Positions 26,652 through 36,639 are shown, numbered from the stretch's first letter. The stretch: DNA of 64,000 nt from Gemmatimonadaceae bacterium (GCA_050998915.1 JBPCPS010000141.1:5878-69877), one strand, 5' to 3'. A program made the numbers and translations. Notes: generated by a model from the letters alone, not told the origin.

Positions 26652-27152
26652 TCACGACGCCGGCTTCCCGCTCGCAGCCACACTCTCGAGAGAATCTCCC
26701 GTCAATCGGTAGGTCAGCCACTCGCTGACCGGCTCCGCCCCGATCGCGTCGTACACGCGAATGGCAGACTCATTCCAACTCAGCACCACCCACTCCATCC
26801 GCCCATACCCGCGCTCCAGCGAGATGGAAGCAAGCTTGGCGAGCAAAAGCCTCCCGATCCCCCGCCCGCGAAGATGCTCTCGCACATACAGGTCCTCGAG
26901 GTGCATCCCCCGCCGGCTCAGATGCGTCGAGTAGCTCTCGAAGTACAGCGCGAAGCCGGCCGGCTCCTCGCCGATGAACGCGAGCACTACCTCGGCGGCG
27001 GGCCGGTCGCCAAAAAGATTCTCCCTTACCGACGTGTCGTCGGCCACGCACGTGTGCGCGAGCTTCTCGTACTCCGCGAGCTCGTGTATGAGCCGGGTGA
27101 TCAGCGGGACGTCTTCCGTCGTCGCCGGACGCAATCGCGCCTCTGCGCTCAC
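26652..27152 (-). CDS. GNAT family N-acetyltransferase
   Basis: LRPATTEDVPLI..., RGRGIGRLLL acetyl-CoA loop. GTG 27152 forms a GTGA overlap with the upstream gene stop. Confidence 0.8.
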   Translation of the reverse strand: MSAEARLRPATTEDVPLITRLIHELAEYEKLAHTCVADDTSVRENLFGDRPAAEVVLAFIGEEPAGFALYFESYSTHLSRRGMHLEDLYVREHLRGRGIGRLLLAKLASISLERGYGRMEWVVLSWNESAIRVYDAIGAEPVSEWLTYRLTGDSLESVAASGKPAS

Positions 27153-28318
27153 GGCGCGGGGATCAGCTTGCCTATCGTCCCGCTGTGCGAGATCACGTAC
27201 AGCTCGCCGCGCCTGTCTTCGCCGAACGACGTGATAGTCGCGCCGACGCCGGCGTTCCACTCCCGCACGTCGGTGGCGGCACCGTTGACCAGGCGAAAGC
27301 TCCGCAGGCCGCCCTTGCAGTAATCGGAAAAGAAGTACAGCCCCGCCACCTGCGGGATCGCGCTTCCGCGATACGCGAAGCCCCCGGTGACCGCGCAGTT
27401 CCCGCCGGCCGTCGGATACTCGTGAACCGGCAGCGTCAGCCCGCTCTTGTCACAGAGCAGCATCGGGCTGAAGCAGCCCAGTCCCTCCATGATCTTCCAA
27501 CCGTAGTTGACCTCGGCCTGCGTGTGCGGCACCGCGTTGACTTCTTCTTTGTTGCTTTGCCCCACGTCGCCGATGTACAGGATGTTCCCGACCCGATCGA
27601 ACGAGAACCGCCACGGATTGCGCAGGCCGTACGCCCAGACCTCTGGACGAGTGTTGGGCGTGTTGACGAACGGATTGGTCGGCGGAACCGAGTACGCCGC
27701 TGAACTGGCCGGATTCACGTCGAGCCGCAGGATCTTCCCCAGCAACACGTTGCGGTTCTGCGCGTTGTTCGGCGGGTCCCCGCCAGACCCGCCGTCCCCA
27801 GTTCCGATGTACAGGAACCCGTCCGGGCCGAAAGCGAGCTGTCCGCCGTTGTGGTTGGGGTTGGTCGGATGCGGAACGTTGATGATGGGGCTGGCCGACA
27901 GCGGATCCGCGACGTTCGGCGACGCTGCCAACGCCGTGTAGCGGTCGATCTGGAGGTCGCCCCCGTTGTCGGTGTAATAAACGTAGAAATGCCGGTTGGT
28001 CGCGTATGAAGGATGAAAGGCGACGCTCAGCAGCCCCTGTTCACCGCCGCTCAGTACCTTCGCATCGATATCGAGAAAGGGCGTGGACAACAGAGAGCCG
28101 TTCTGGATGATGCGGATCCGTCCCGTCTGCTCGACCACGAACAAGCGGTCATCGTTCGGGGGCGAGGCCAGATGCACCGGCGAGCTCAGCCCGCTCGCGA
28201 TCGGCTGCAGCGCGAGATCGACGTTCGACGGGACGGTGCCGGGATCTCCTGGATCTCCGTTGCCACCACAGCTGAGAGCGAGCAGCACCGCAGCGATCTT
28301 CATGGAAGAATTCCTCAT
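27149..28318 (-). CDS. PQQ-dependent sugar dehydrogenase (SGDH family) lipoprotein
   Basis: Lipobox LLALSCGG. HNGGQLAFGPDGFLYIGTGDGG and NPWRFSFD are beta-propeller motifs. Confidence 0.8.
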   Translation of the reverse strand: MRNSSMKIAAVLLALSCGGNGDPGDPGTVPSNVDLALQPIASGLSSPVHLASPPNDDRLFVVEQTGRIRIIQNGSLLSTPFLDIDAKVLSGGEQGLLSVAFHPSYATNRHFYVYYTDNGGDLQIDRYTALAASPNVADPLSASPIINVPHPTNPNHNGGQLAFGPDGFLYIGTGDGGSGGDPPNNAQNRNVLLGKILRLDVNPASSAAYSVPPTNPFVNTPNTRPEVWAYGLRNPWRFSFDRVGNILYIGDVGQSNKEEVNAVPHTQAEVNYGWKIMEGLGCFSPMLLCDKSGLTLPVHEYPTAGGNCAVTGGFAYRGSAIPQVAGLYFFSDYCKGGLRSFRLVNGAATDVREWNAGVGATITSFGEDRRGELYVISHSGTIGKLIPAP

Positions 28319-29256
28319 GGCAGTGTCCCCGACTGTGGGGCGGCGGACGTCGCCAGCTCGGCCTCATTCGGCAGTCCTGTGTCTTCGAGCGTATCCGCGG
28401 CGGCCGGCATCTTCGTTTCGACGTAGCGCGGATCCAATGCGTCACGCAGGGCATCACCCAGCAGATTGAAGCCGAGCACCGACGCGCCGATCGCCACGCC
28501 GGGAAATACCGACGTCCATGGCGCGTTGCGCAGCTGGTCAAGATCGCGCCCGTCGGCGATCATCGACCCCCAGCTCGGCGTCGGCGGCTGTACGCCAAGC
28601 CCGAGGAAAGACAGCGCGGCCTCCGCCATGATCGCGCCCGCGACGCCGAGCGTTGCGGCGATGACGACCGGCGCGATGACGTTCGGCAGAACGTGCTTCA
28701 CGATGATGGTCCTGTCCTTCGCCCCGAGCGCGCGAATGGCCTGGACGTACTCGAGTTGCCTGACCACCAGCACCTGGCCGCGTACGAGCCGCGCCATGCC
28801 GGCCCAGCCCACGATTCCAATCGTGGCGAACACTACCACCATCGAAGGCTGCAGGGCCGCGACCATCGCGATCAGCAACAACAGTGTCGGAAAGGCGAGA
28901 GTGACATCAGCGAGGCGCATCACCAATTCGTCGATCCAGCCACCGTAGTAACCCGCGACCAAGCCAAGCAACACGCCGAGGAAGAGTGCTATCCCCTGTG
29001 AGATGACACCGACCGCGATCGACACGCGGGCGCCGTAGACCAGCCGTGCCCAAACGTCGCGCCCCTGAATGTCGGTTCCCATCCAGTGATCGCCCGACGG
29101 CCCTTCGAGCATGCCCGCCAGATCGATTCCGACAGGATCGTGAATCGCGAGCAGCGGCGCGAAGACCGCCGCGCCGATGATCATCGCGACGATCACCAGC
29201 CCGATCTGCGCGCGCCGGTCGCGCATCAATCGGCGGCGCTGCTTGGGATCTAGCAT
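28315..29256 (-). CDS. ABC transporter permease, OppC/DppC type (no partner genes nearby)
   Basis: BPD_transp_1 EAA-type region LEYVQAIRALGAKDRTIIVKHVLPNV. Six hydrophobic segments. ATGA overlap with the downstream gene. Confidence 0.85.
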   Translation of the reverse strand: MLDPKQRRRLMRDRRAQIGLVIVAMIIGAAVFAPLLAIHDPVGIDLAGMLEGPSGDHWMGTDIQGRDVWARLVYGARVSIAVGVISQGIALFLGVLLGLVAGYYGGWIDELVMRLADVTLAFPTLLLLIAMVAALQPSMVVVFATIGIVGWAGMARLVRGQVLVVRQLEYVQAIRALGAKDRTIIVKHVLPNVIAPVVIAATLGVAGAIMAEAALSFLGLGVQPPTPSWGSMIADGRDLDQLRNAPWTSVFPGVAIGASVLGFNLLGDALRDALDPRYVETKMPAAADTLEDTGLPNEAELATSAAPQSGTLP

Positions 29257-29260
29257 CGTG

Positions 29261-30190
29261 TCATTCGGTCTCGGCCGCGGGGTCGCGCAGCTCCGGCGGA
29301 GTATCCGGCGGCTGCCTGCGCCATCTGCGATGTTGCCAGAAATATTGCTCCGGCGCACGGCGCACCCACTTCTCCAGCACCTGAGTGAAACGGAGCACTA
29401 CGCCGTCCACGTCACTTTCGCGGTCGCCCGTGTCGCTGACGGGGATCTCCTCGAAGCCTACGAGATAGCTGCCATCCGGCTTGCGTAACGCCGTGGTGAA
29501 GATGACCGGCGAGCCGAAGCGCAGCGCGAAAACAGCGGCGCCTCGGGGCGTCTTCGCCGGCCGGCCGAAGAACGGCACGAACGTCGAGGCCAGGCCGCGG
29601 ACTCCCTGGTCCGCGACGAAGCCCACCGCCCGACCCTGTCTCAGCGCTCGCGGCGTATGCCTGACGGCTTGTGCATCATAGACCACGGTCACCCCGAGCT
29701 GCTCCCGCGTCCGGTTCAGATATCTGTCGAAGAATGGATTCCCCATCCGACGCACGATCACGTCGAACGGCACTCCGCGCGCCGCGATGTATGCCGCCGC
29801 CAGCTCCCAATTCCCCAGGTGGCCGGCAACGACGATTATCCCCTTTCCCGCAACCTGAGCCCTCTCGACAATGTCCCAATTCTCTACCGAACTGACCAGT
29901 CGCAAAACACCTGCCTGACCGAGTCCCGGTAGCAGGGCCGTCTCGATCGCGGACTGCCCCAGGTGCTCGTACGATCTCCGCGCCATCCCGGTTACTTGTG
30001 CAGGCGTAAGCTCGGGGAATGCGGCTGCGATCTGGCGCTCTACGACGCGTCGGCGGACGCCGAGTGGCCTGAACCCTACGGCACCCACACTCGCCCCCAC
30101 CCGGCCGGCCCGGTCCCAGGGGACCGCGCCCAGAGCGCGAACGAGTCCGCGCAAGGCGCCGTACTCTGCGCGATGTTGCAGTGATTTCAT
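29261..30190 (-). CDS. Lipid A biosynthesis lauroyl/myristoyl acyltransferase family (LpxL/HtrB-like)
   Basis: VVAGHLGNWELAAAY (HX4-type acyltransferase motif), FVADQG, YFWQHRRW. Confidence 0.8.
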   Translation of the reverse strand: MKSLQHRAEYGALRGLVRALGAVPWDRAGRVGASVGAVGFRPLGVRRRVVERQIAAAFPELTPAQVTGMARRSYEHLGQSAIETALLPGLGQAGVLRLVSSVENWDIVERAQVAGKGIIVVAGHLGNWELAAAYIAARGVPFDVIVRRMGNPFFDRYLNRTREQLGVTVVYDAQAVRHTPRALRQGRAVGFVADQGVRGLASTFVPFFGRPAKTPRGAAVFALRFGSPVIFTTALRKPDGSYLVGFEEIPVSDTGDRESDVDGVVLRFTQVLEKWVRRAPEQYFWQHRRWRRQPPDTPPELRDPAAETE

Positions 30191-31350
30191 CGTCGCGTAA
30201 CCTCGCGCGCGAACTGGCGGGTGTCACTCGCCCCGCGGTCCCAGTTGTAATGCGTCTCTACTGCGACTCGACCCGCCCGACCCATCTCCGCGCGCAATTT
30301 TTCGTCGCGCAGCATCAGCGCGAGTGCGCCGGCGACGGCGCCGACATCGGACGGCGGAACGAGCAGCCCGGTCTCGCCGTCCCGCACGGCGGAGCGTACC
30401 CCGCCCGAATCCTCCGCGACGGATGGAAGTCCGCACGCCGCGGCCTCGATGAAGGAAATGCCGAACCCTTCCACGTCGAAGTCGCGATCGACTCGCGACG
30501 CGCCGAGATACACGGTCGCGGTGGAATACGCCTCGGGCAGCTCCACATCTTCCAGCACGCCGGCGAAGACGACGCGATCGGCAAGCCCGAGACTCTCAGC
30601 GAGGCCGAGCAGCCGTTGCTCTTCGGGCCCCTCGCCCACCAGCACATAGCGCAGCTCCGGAAACTGCGGCCTGAGCCGGGCCAGCGCCTGAATCCCTATG
30701 TCCTGTCCCTTGTGCGGCACGAGCCGCGCGACCGTGACGACGAGCGGCGCGCTCCCGACCTTCCACCGTGCGCGCAGCGCGCCCGTGTCAGCGCGCGGAT
30801 GAAACCAAGCGGGGTCGGTACCGAGGTCGAAGGCTCTCACCGGCGGAGGCTTGCGGACTCCTACCAGATCCATCACCTCGGCGGAGAGCTCGGCTACCCA
30901 GCGTGACGTCGCAAAGATGCCGGCCGCGGACGAGAATATCCGGCGCGCCGCGAGTCGCCCCGTAAGACTCTTTGCTTTGCGCTTCTCGCGCAGCAGATCG
31001 CCGCCATTCACGTAGACGAGGTACGGAATGCGTGCGCGACGCGCCCACCACCAGGCCGCATAGCCTGACGCGCGGATGTTGCCGGCGTGAATTACGTCGA
31101 AGCCCGGTGACATCGCGGCCAGATCCCGAGCCCAGCGAATTCGATTGCCCACCCGGTTCGCTTGCGGAAAGCCGAACCCCTGCCGGCGGATCGGATACTC
31201 CTCGCCTCGATCGAAGCTACCTGCGTCCGTCGCTGCCACCGTGGACACCGTCACGGAGTCAGGCGAAAGCCGGCGGCATATCTCCACGTGTCGCCTGGCC
31301 ATGCCGCCCAGGTCGGAGCCGTAGTCCTGCGTGACGAACAGGTGCCTCAC
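30187..31350 (-). CDS. Glycosyltransferase family 4
   Basis: EGFGISFIEAAACGLPSVA...GETGLLV (E-x7-E region). GTG 31350 (VRHLFVTQDY...) preferred over the longer ORF. Confidence 0.85.
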   Translation of the reverse strand: MRHLFVTQDYGSDLGGMARRHVEICRRLSPDSVTVSTVAATDAGSFDRGEEYPIRRQGFGFPQANRVGNRIRWARDLAAMSPGFDVIHAGNIRASGYAAWWWARRARIPYLVYVNGGDLLREKRKAKSLTGRLAARRIFSSAAGIFATSRWVAELSAEVMDLVGVRKPPPVRAFDLGTDPAWFHPRADTGALRARWKVGSAPLVVTVARLVPHKGQDIGIQALARLRPQFPELRYVLVGEGPEEQRLLGLAESLGLADRVVFAGVLEDVELPEAYSTATVYLGASRVDRDFDVEGFGISFIEAAACGLPSVAEDSGGVRSAVRDGETGLLVPPSDVGAVAGALALMLRDEKLRAEMGRAGRVAVETHYNWDRGASDTRQFAREVTRR

Positions 31351-31369
31351 GGAGAAGGCGCGCGGTTGC

Positions 31370-32485
31370 TCACTTCTGCGGCGACTTTCCCCGCTTGCCT
31401 TCGCGCGCCAGCGACGCGGCGCGATCGAACCCTTCCAGCATGCTCCCCTCCCCGAGGTCACGCGCCACACGCGCGCGCGCCGCCTCGCCCATGGCGTCGA
31501 TTCGCTCCGGGCTGGCGAGCATGCCCGCAACCATCCCGGCCGCGAGCGCGGCATCTCCCCACGGCACGACCAAACCGGTGATGCCGTCGGCGACGTACCG
31601 GCGTGCGATGGCGTCTTCCGCGGTCACGACCGGCACGCCCAGCGCCATCATGTCGAGCATCGCGAACGCAGCCTAGTCACCCTCGCACGCCACCCAGCCG
31701 AGATCCGCCGCAGCGATCAGCGCCGCGACGTCGTCCCGCTCGCCGAGCAGACTGACGCGCGACAGCAAGTCGACGGCGGCGATGTGCATTCGCACATCCT
31801 CGTAATCAGACCCCGGCCCGACGACGAACAGGTGCACCGCGGGATGCCGCGTAGCGAGCATCGCCAGCGTTCGGATCGCCATGGCCGCGCGGCCGCGCGC
31901 ATGCAGGTCGTAGATGCAGAGGAAATGCGACCCCTTGTCGCGCTCCGCGGTCGCCGCGTCCGCCTGCGCCAGCTCCTCGCCTTCCAGATCCACGGGATAC
32001 CGCGCGGGATCCACGCCCAGCTCGGCGACAATCGTGCTCGCGCCGCGGGGCAGCACCGCGGCGCGCACGTCTGCTTCGTGCGTGAAGAGGTAGACCGTCC
32101 GCCGCAGTCGAGCAGCGAATCGCGCACCGAATCCCATGTACAGGCGGGTACCCGCAGGCGTACGCCGAACGACGCCGGCGCGCCGCGCGAGCCAGCACGC
32201 CACTCCCGCGATGAGATGCTCGCGATCGGTGTGCACGAACACCACGTCCGGATTCTTCTGCCGCAGGATCCTTCTCAGTCCCAGCGCGGCGTTCAGCCAC
32301 CCGCCGCTCGCGTCCAGCTCGCCGATCTCGAAGCCCGCGCCGGGAACGTGCTCCTTCACGTGTGCCTGCGGGTCCACCACGAACGTCACGGGATCGCCGG
32401 CCTCCGCGAACGCGCGCGCCGCGACGGAAAAAGCCCGCGCCGAGCCTGACCACTCCACTCCCGTGTACAGGAATATTGCGCGCAT
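31370..32485 (-). pseudogene. Glycosyltransferase (GT-B fold) interrupted by an in-frame TAG
   Basis: 31676-32485 encodes the N-terminal half and ends ...GWVACEGD. A TAG sits at 31673-31675. The same frame continues AAFAMLDMMALGVPVVTAED...GITGLVV to 31370. Confidence 0.7.
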
Positions 32486-34308
32486 CAGACCCCGGCTCCG
32501 GAGCCGACGACTTCGGGCTCGCGGAACTGCAGCGAGTACAGCCTGTTGTATACGCTCTGTTTAGCCATTAGCTCGGTGTGAGTGCCACGCTCGACGACTA
32601 CTCCCCGGTCCAGCACAAGGATGATATCCGCGTGCACGATCGTAGATAATCTGTGCGCTATCACGAACACCGTGCGACCGGCGAGCAGCCGCTCGATCGC
32701 CTCCTGTACCAGGCGCTCCGATTCCGTGTCCAGCGCGGAAGTCGCCTCGTCGAGTATCAGAATCGGCGGATCGTGGAGCAGCGCGCGGGCGATCGCTATG
32801 CGCTGTCTCTGCCCGCCCGACAGTCTCGTTCCGCGCTCGCCAAGCAGCGTCTCGTATCCCTCCGGCAACTCGGAGATGAACTCGTGCGCGTTCGCCGCCC
32901 TTCCCGCCTCCTCGATCCGCTCCGGCGAGAACTTTCCCGGAGCGCCGTACGCGATGTTGCTCCGGACCGTGTCATTGAACAGGATCGTGTCCTGCCCGAC
33001 AATGCCCATGAGGCTCCGCAGCGCGTCGAGCCGGATCTCCCGCGTGTCCACTCCGTCGATAGTGATCCGCCCGCGATCGGGCTGATAAAAGCGAGGGATG
33101 AGGTCGACCATCGTCGTCTTGCCCGCGCCGCTCGGACCAACCAGCGCGACCACGAAGCCCTTGGGGGCCGCGAAGCTGACGTTCTGCAGCACCGGCTCCC
33201 CGTCGTACGCGAACGACACGTTCTCGAACGCCACTTGCCGCTCGAATCGCGCGGCCGTGACCGTTCCCTTATCGAGCTGAGTCTCCGCGGGCGCGTCGAG
33301 GACGTCGAACAGCCGCTCGGCGGATGCCAGCGATGATTGCGCGATGGTCGGAGCCTGGGAGAGCTGCTTCAACGGGTGCAGCAGCCGGAGTACGTACATT
33401 AGAAAGGCGATCAGGTCGGCGCCGGACATCGTCCGGTGCAGGAGCACTTCCTGGGCGCCGATCCATAGCAGGAACAGCGCCATGATGGTCCCGACGACTT
33501 CCGCGAGGGGCGGGGCAAGGTAGGCAAGCCGGGTGAGCTTGATCGTGCTGGCCGCGTACTTCCCGCTGGCGTCGTAGAATCGGCCTTCCTCGTAGGCTTC
33601 GGCGCCGAACGACTTGACCAGCCTTATCCCGCCGACGGTCTCCTGCACCACACTGGTCATCTCACCGTGGACGTTACCGCGGCGGCGCGCGCCCTTCCGC
33701 AGCTTGCGCAGCATCGGCTGCATGGCGCCGATCAGAATTGGCGCCACGAATAGCGCGATGAGCGTCAGCTTCCACGATATGCCGATCAGAAACGCGACGT
33801 ACGCGGCGATCATCGCCACGCTCTGCAGCGAATGCGTCATCAGATGCGTGAGCACCAGGCGCGTCTCGGACGTGTCGTTGATGACCCGCGAGAGGATCTG
33901 CCCGCTCTTCATCCGGGTGAAGTAGCCGAGCGGAAGCTTCACCAGGTGCCGGTACAGCGCGTTGCGGAGATCGCGCGTGACATATTCCTGGAGAGTGGCC
34001 CCGAGCGAAGCGCTCACCCAGACGAGCAGGTTTTTCACCAGCATCGCCGCGACGACCAGGAGGATGACCTGGCGCAGCGAGCCCATCTTGTCGGCGGGGT
34101 CCAGCAGAGCGCCGACCGTGGCGTTGAGCAAGTCGCTGACCCAGCCGGCCTTGAGCGAGATCGGCGGCTGATCGAAGAGGATGTTGAGGAAGGGGATCAG
34201 CAGCGCCAGCGAGAACGCGTCGAGCAGCGCCGCCACGATGTTGCACAGCATCGTGGCACCCATCCGCCACGCATGCGGTCGCAGGTAGGGCAGCAGGCGG
34301 CGGTACAC
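32485..34308 (-). CDS. msbA: Lipid A export ABC transporter MsbA-like (fused permease/ATPase)
   Basis: Six-TM ABC_membrane domain, Walker A GPSGAGKTT, signature LSGGQRQR, Walker B ILILDEATS. Confidence 0.9.
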   Translation of the reverse strand: MYRRLLPYLRPHAWRMGATMLCNIVAALLDAFSLALLIPFLNILFDQPPISLKAGWVSDLLNATVGALLDPADKMGSLRQVILLVVAAMLVKNLLVWVSASLGATLQEYVTRDLRNALYRHLVKLPLGYFTRMKSGQILSRVINDTSETRLVLTHLMTHSLQSVAMIAAYVAFLIGISWKLTLIALFVAPILIGAMQPMLRKLRKGARRRGNVHGEMTSVVQETVGGIRLVKSFGAEAYEEGRFYDASGKYAASTIKLTRLAYLAPPLAEVVGTIMALFLLWIGAQEVLLHRTMSGADLIAFLMYVLRLLHPLKQLSQAPTIAQSSLASAERLFDVLDAPAETQLDKGTVTAARFERQVAFENVSFAYDGEPVLQNVSFAAPKGFVVALVGPSGAGKTTMVDLIPRFYQPDRGRITIDGVDTREIRLDALRSLMGIVGQDTILFNDTVRSNIAYGAPGKFSPERIEEAGRAANAHEFISELPEGYETLLGERGTRLSGGQRQRIAIARALLHDPPILILDEATSALDTESERLVQEAIERLLAGRTVFVIAHRLSTIVHADIILVLDRGVVVERGTHTELMAKQSVYNRLYSLQFREPEVVGSGAGV

Positions 34309-34313
34309 TGGCC

Positions 34314-35882
34314 TCAGGGACGCGGAGTCAGAAGGGCCAGCGGGAGAATTACTTCTTCGGGCGTGACTCCGCCGTGCAGAAAGGATCCCCGGTACCTGCT
34401 CTGGTACTCACGCAGCTTCGTGGGATACACGAAGAAGCAGTCCCCCGTGGCGAGCAGCGTATTCGCGCCGCGCCCTTTCTTCGGCAGCTTGATCGCCTCT
34501 TCATGGGGAAACAGCAGCGCCTGCTCGGGGCGCTCCGCGCGCAGATCTTCGCCGAACTTGTACCGCAGATTGAGCGTCGCGTCCCGCTTGGCGAACACCG
34601 TCGCGGGCGTATTACAGTGAATCGACCCGTGATCGGTGGTGAGCAGCACCGACACTTTCCGGCGCGAGGCTTCCTTGAGCAGACTGAGCAGCGCCGAGCG
34701 CTGAAACCACTGGCGCGTGATCTGGCGGAGCGCGATCTCGTCGCGCGCAACCTCGTACAGTATCTGCGATTCGCTGCGGCCGTGCGTGAGCAGGTCGACG
34801 AAGTTGAAGACGAACGCGCTGATCCCCGTCTGCGCGATCGCCGTACCCATGTGGCGCTCGAGCTCGTCGGAGTTGGCGGCTGTGGAGATCTTGCTGTAGC
34901 GCACGCCACCGCCCCCGCCGAGATCGGCGAGATGTTTTTCCAGTAGCTGCCGCTCGTGGGCGTTGAGCGATTCATCTTCCCGCTCCGGCGTGCCCCACCA
35001 GTCAGGGTAACGGCTGGCGATCTCACCCGGAAACAGACCGCTGAACAGCGAGTTTCGCGAGTACGGAGTCGCAGTCGGCAGCACGGCATAGTAGTGCGTA
35101 GTCTCGACGTCGAAGTGCGGAGCGAGGAGCGGCTCGAGCACGCGCCACTGGTCGAGGCGAAGGCAGTCCACGACGATGAAGACCGCCGCTTTCTCGCGCT
35201 GGAGAATGGGGACGAGAAACTCGGAGACGATGTCGACTGACAGCGGCGGCCGGTTCCCGCCGAGGTCGGCGAGCCATGCGGGGTATGCCTCCTTCATGTA
35301 CGCCGCGAACTCGCGGTGCATGTTGGGATACAGCCCTCGGAGCGAATCGTACAGGCCCATCTCGCCGGATGCCGCGAGGTCCACGTCCCAGCGCATGAAT
35401 TCGTCGAACCGCTCGATCCAGCCGCGCCAGTCGAGGTCGCGCTCGCGCTGGGCTTCGAGGTCGCGAAACCGCTCGACGAATGACCGGCTGACCGCCTGTT
35501 GTCTGATTTTCGGGCCGTCCAGGATCCTGGTTATGACGGAGAGGACCTGTCGCGGGTTGATCGGCTTGATCAGGTAGTCCAGGATGTTGACGCCGATGGC
35601 CTCGCGGAGCGTGGAGTCCTCCTCGCTTTTCGTGACCATCACGACGGGGAGGTTCGGCGCCAGCTCGCGGACTTCGCGGTAGGCCTCGAGCCCGCGCTTG
35701 CCCGGCATCTGCTCGTCGAGGAGCAGGATGTCGAACGGGCGGCGGCGGAGGAGCTCGACGGCATCGTCCGCATTGCTGGCCCACTCGACTTCGTACCCTT
35801 TCGAGCGCAGAAAAATCCGGTGCGATTCGAGCAGGTCGCTCTCGTCGTCCACCCACAACACCGATTTCGCGGCATGCGACAT
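34314..35882 (-). CDS. Response regulator with C-terminal PglZ/alkaline-phosphatase-like domain (PorX-like)
   Basis: Receiver VLWVDDE...ILLLDEQMPG...VVMVTKS, then a long PglZ-type domain (TTDHGS). ATG 35882 preferred. Confidence 0.82.
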   Translation of the reverse strand: MSHAAKSVLWVDDESDLLESHRIFLRSKGYEVEWASNADDAVELLRRRPFDILLLDEQMPGKRGLEAYREVRELAPNLPVVMVTKSEEDSTLREAIGVNILDYLIKPINPRQVLSVITRILDGPKIRQQAVSRSFVERFRDLEAQRERDLDWRGWIERFDEFMRWDVDLAASGEMGLYDSLRGLYPNMHREFAAYMKEAYPAWLADLGGNRPPLSVDIVSEFLVPILQREKAAVFIVVDCLRLDQWRVLEPLLAPHFDVETTHYYAVLPTATPYSRNSLFSGLFPGEIASRYPDWWGTPEREDESLNAHERQLLEKHLADLGGGGGVRYSKISTAANSDELERHMGTAIAQTGISAFVFNFVDLLTHGRSESQILYEVARDEIALRQITRQWFQRSALLSLLKEASRRKVSVLLTTDHGSIHCNTPATVFAKRDATLNLRYKFGEDLRAERPEQALLFPHEEAIKLPKKGRGANTLLATGDCFFVYPTKLREYQSRYRGSFLHGGVTPEEVILPLALLTPRP

Positions 35883-35951
35883 TGTGAGCGCAATGTAAGC
35901 CCGGTGGCCGGGGTCCGGTGAGGGAGAAAGCGGCCCATGGCGTAAGGCGGC

Positions 35952-36062
35952 GGAATCCAAGAAATGAGAGGTTAGAGGCTCACACAACCAGACAGCCAGA
36001 AGGGGCGCCGTCTATCTCCCTTCCGGCCATCTGGCTGTCTGACTTCTCATTTCTTGGATTCC
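35952..36062. repeat. Palindromic intergenic element, family C, copy 1
   Basis: Outer arms GGAATCCAAGAAATGAGAG (35952-70) and TCTCATTTCTTGGATTCC (36045-62). Inner arms CCAGACAGCCAGA and TCTGGCTGTCTG. Lies in a divergent promoter region. Confidence 0.8.
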
Positions 36063-36111
36063 CCGTCCAGCGGCATGTGCTATCCATGCTCGCCAACCCT
36101 AGATTCCATAA

Positions 36112-36507
36112 ATGCCCGTTAACGCGCCCCCGTACGCGCTCGCGCAGACCCCGTTCCCCCTCCCCGCGCTGGCCGCGCATGCGGGGAAAGCCGCGCTGGG
36201 CGGAGACCGGGAAGTAGCGATCGCCTGCTTCGTAATCGCACGGCTGGCCGGCGCGCTGCTCCCGCCGTACGCGCTCCCGACGGAGCTGCGCCAGCAACGC
36301 GCGGCGGCGTGCCGCACATGGTTGGCGTCCCAGGCGATCCCCCCGGCGATCCGCGCGAACTTGCTGGCGGCCGTTGACTCCACAGCGTCCGCGGAGCGCT
36401 CGGCAATCCCGGCTGCGCTCCGCGCGCTGCGGGCACACGCTGCGAAGCACCTCGACGGCGCCTCGGGACAAGAGCTGGATTCCCTGGCTGCGCGATTAGG
36501 CGGCTGA
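36112..36507 (+). CDS. Hypothetical protein (Ala/Leu/Pro-rich, helical)
   Basis: High GC3 ORF with no recognisable motif. Competing antisense ORFs look like GC shadows. Confidence 0.4.
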   Translation: MPVNAPPYALAQTPFPLPALAAHAGKAALGGDREVAIACFVIARLAGALLPPYALPTELRQQRAAACRTWLASQAIPPAIRANLLAAVDSTASAERSAIPAALRALRAHAAKHLDGASGQELDSLAARLGG

Positions 36508-36565
36508 TGACGGTCTCATTCGTATATTGAGAGCGCCAGGCCACAGCAGTAACGGCGGGGTTTTT

Positions 36566-36624
36566 GGCTAACAGCCAACAGCCAATAGCCAACAGCCAAT
36601 AGCCAACAGCCAATAGCCAACAGC
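36566..36624. repeat. GCCAACA/GCCAATA heptamer array, copy 2 (about 8 units)
   Basis: ggctaacagccaacagccaatagccaacagccaatagccaacagccaatagccaacagc followed by TTTTTT, 16 nt before the yebC ATG. Confidence 0.9.
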
Positions 36625-36639
36625 TTTTTTCGAGGTCCC

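Noticed and set aside
36566-36624. Heptamer arrays (also at 20013 and 51001) considered as a CRISPR array
   Set aside because: The unit is only 7 nt, with no spacers, and no cas genes are in the window. These are tandem or palindromic repeats, not CRISPR.
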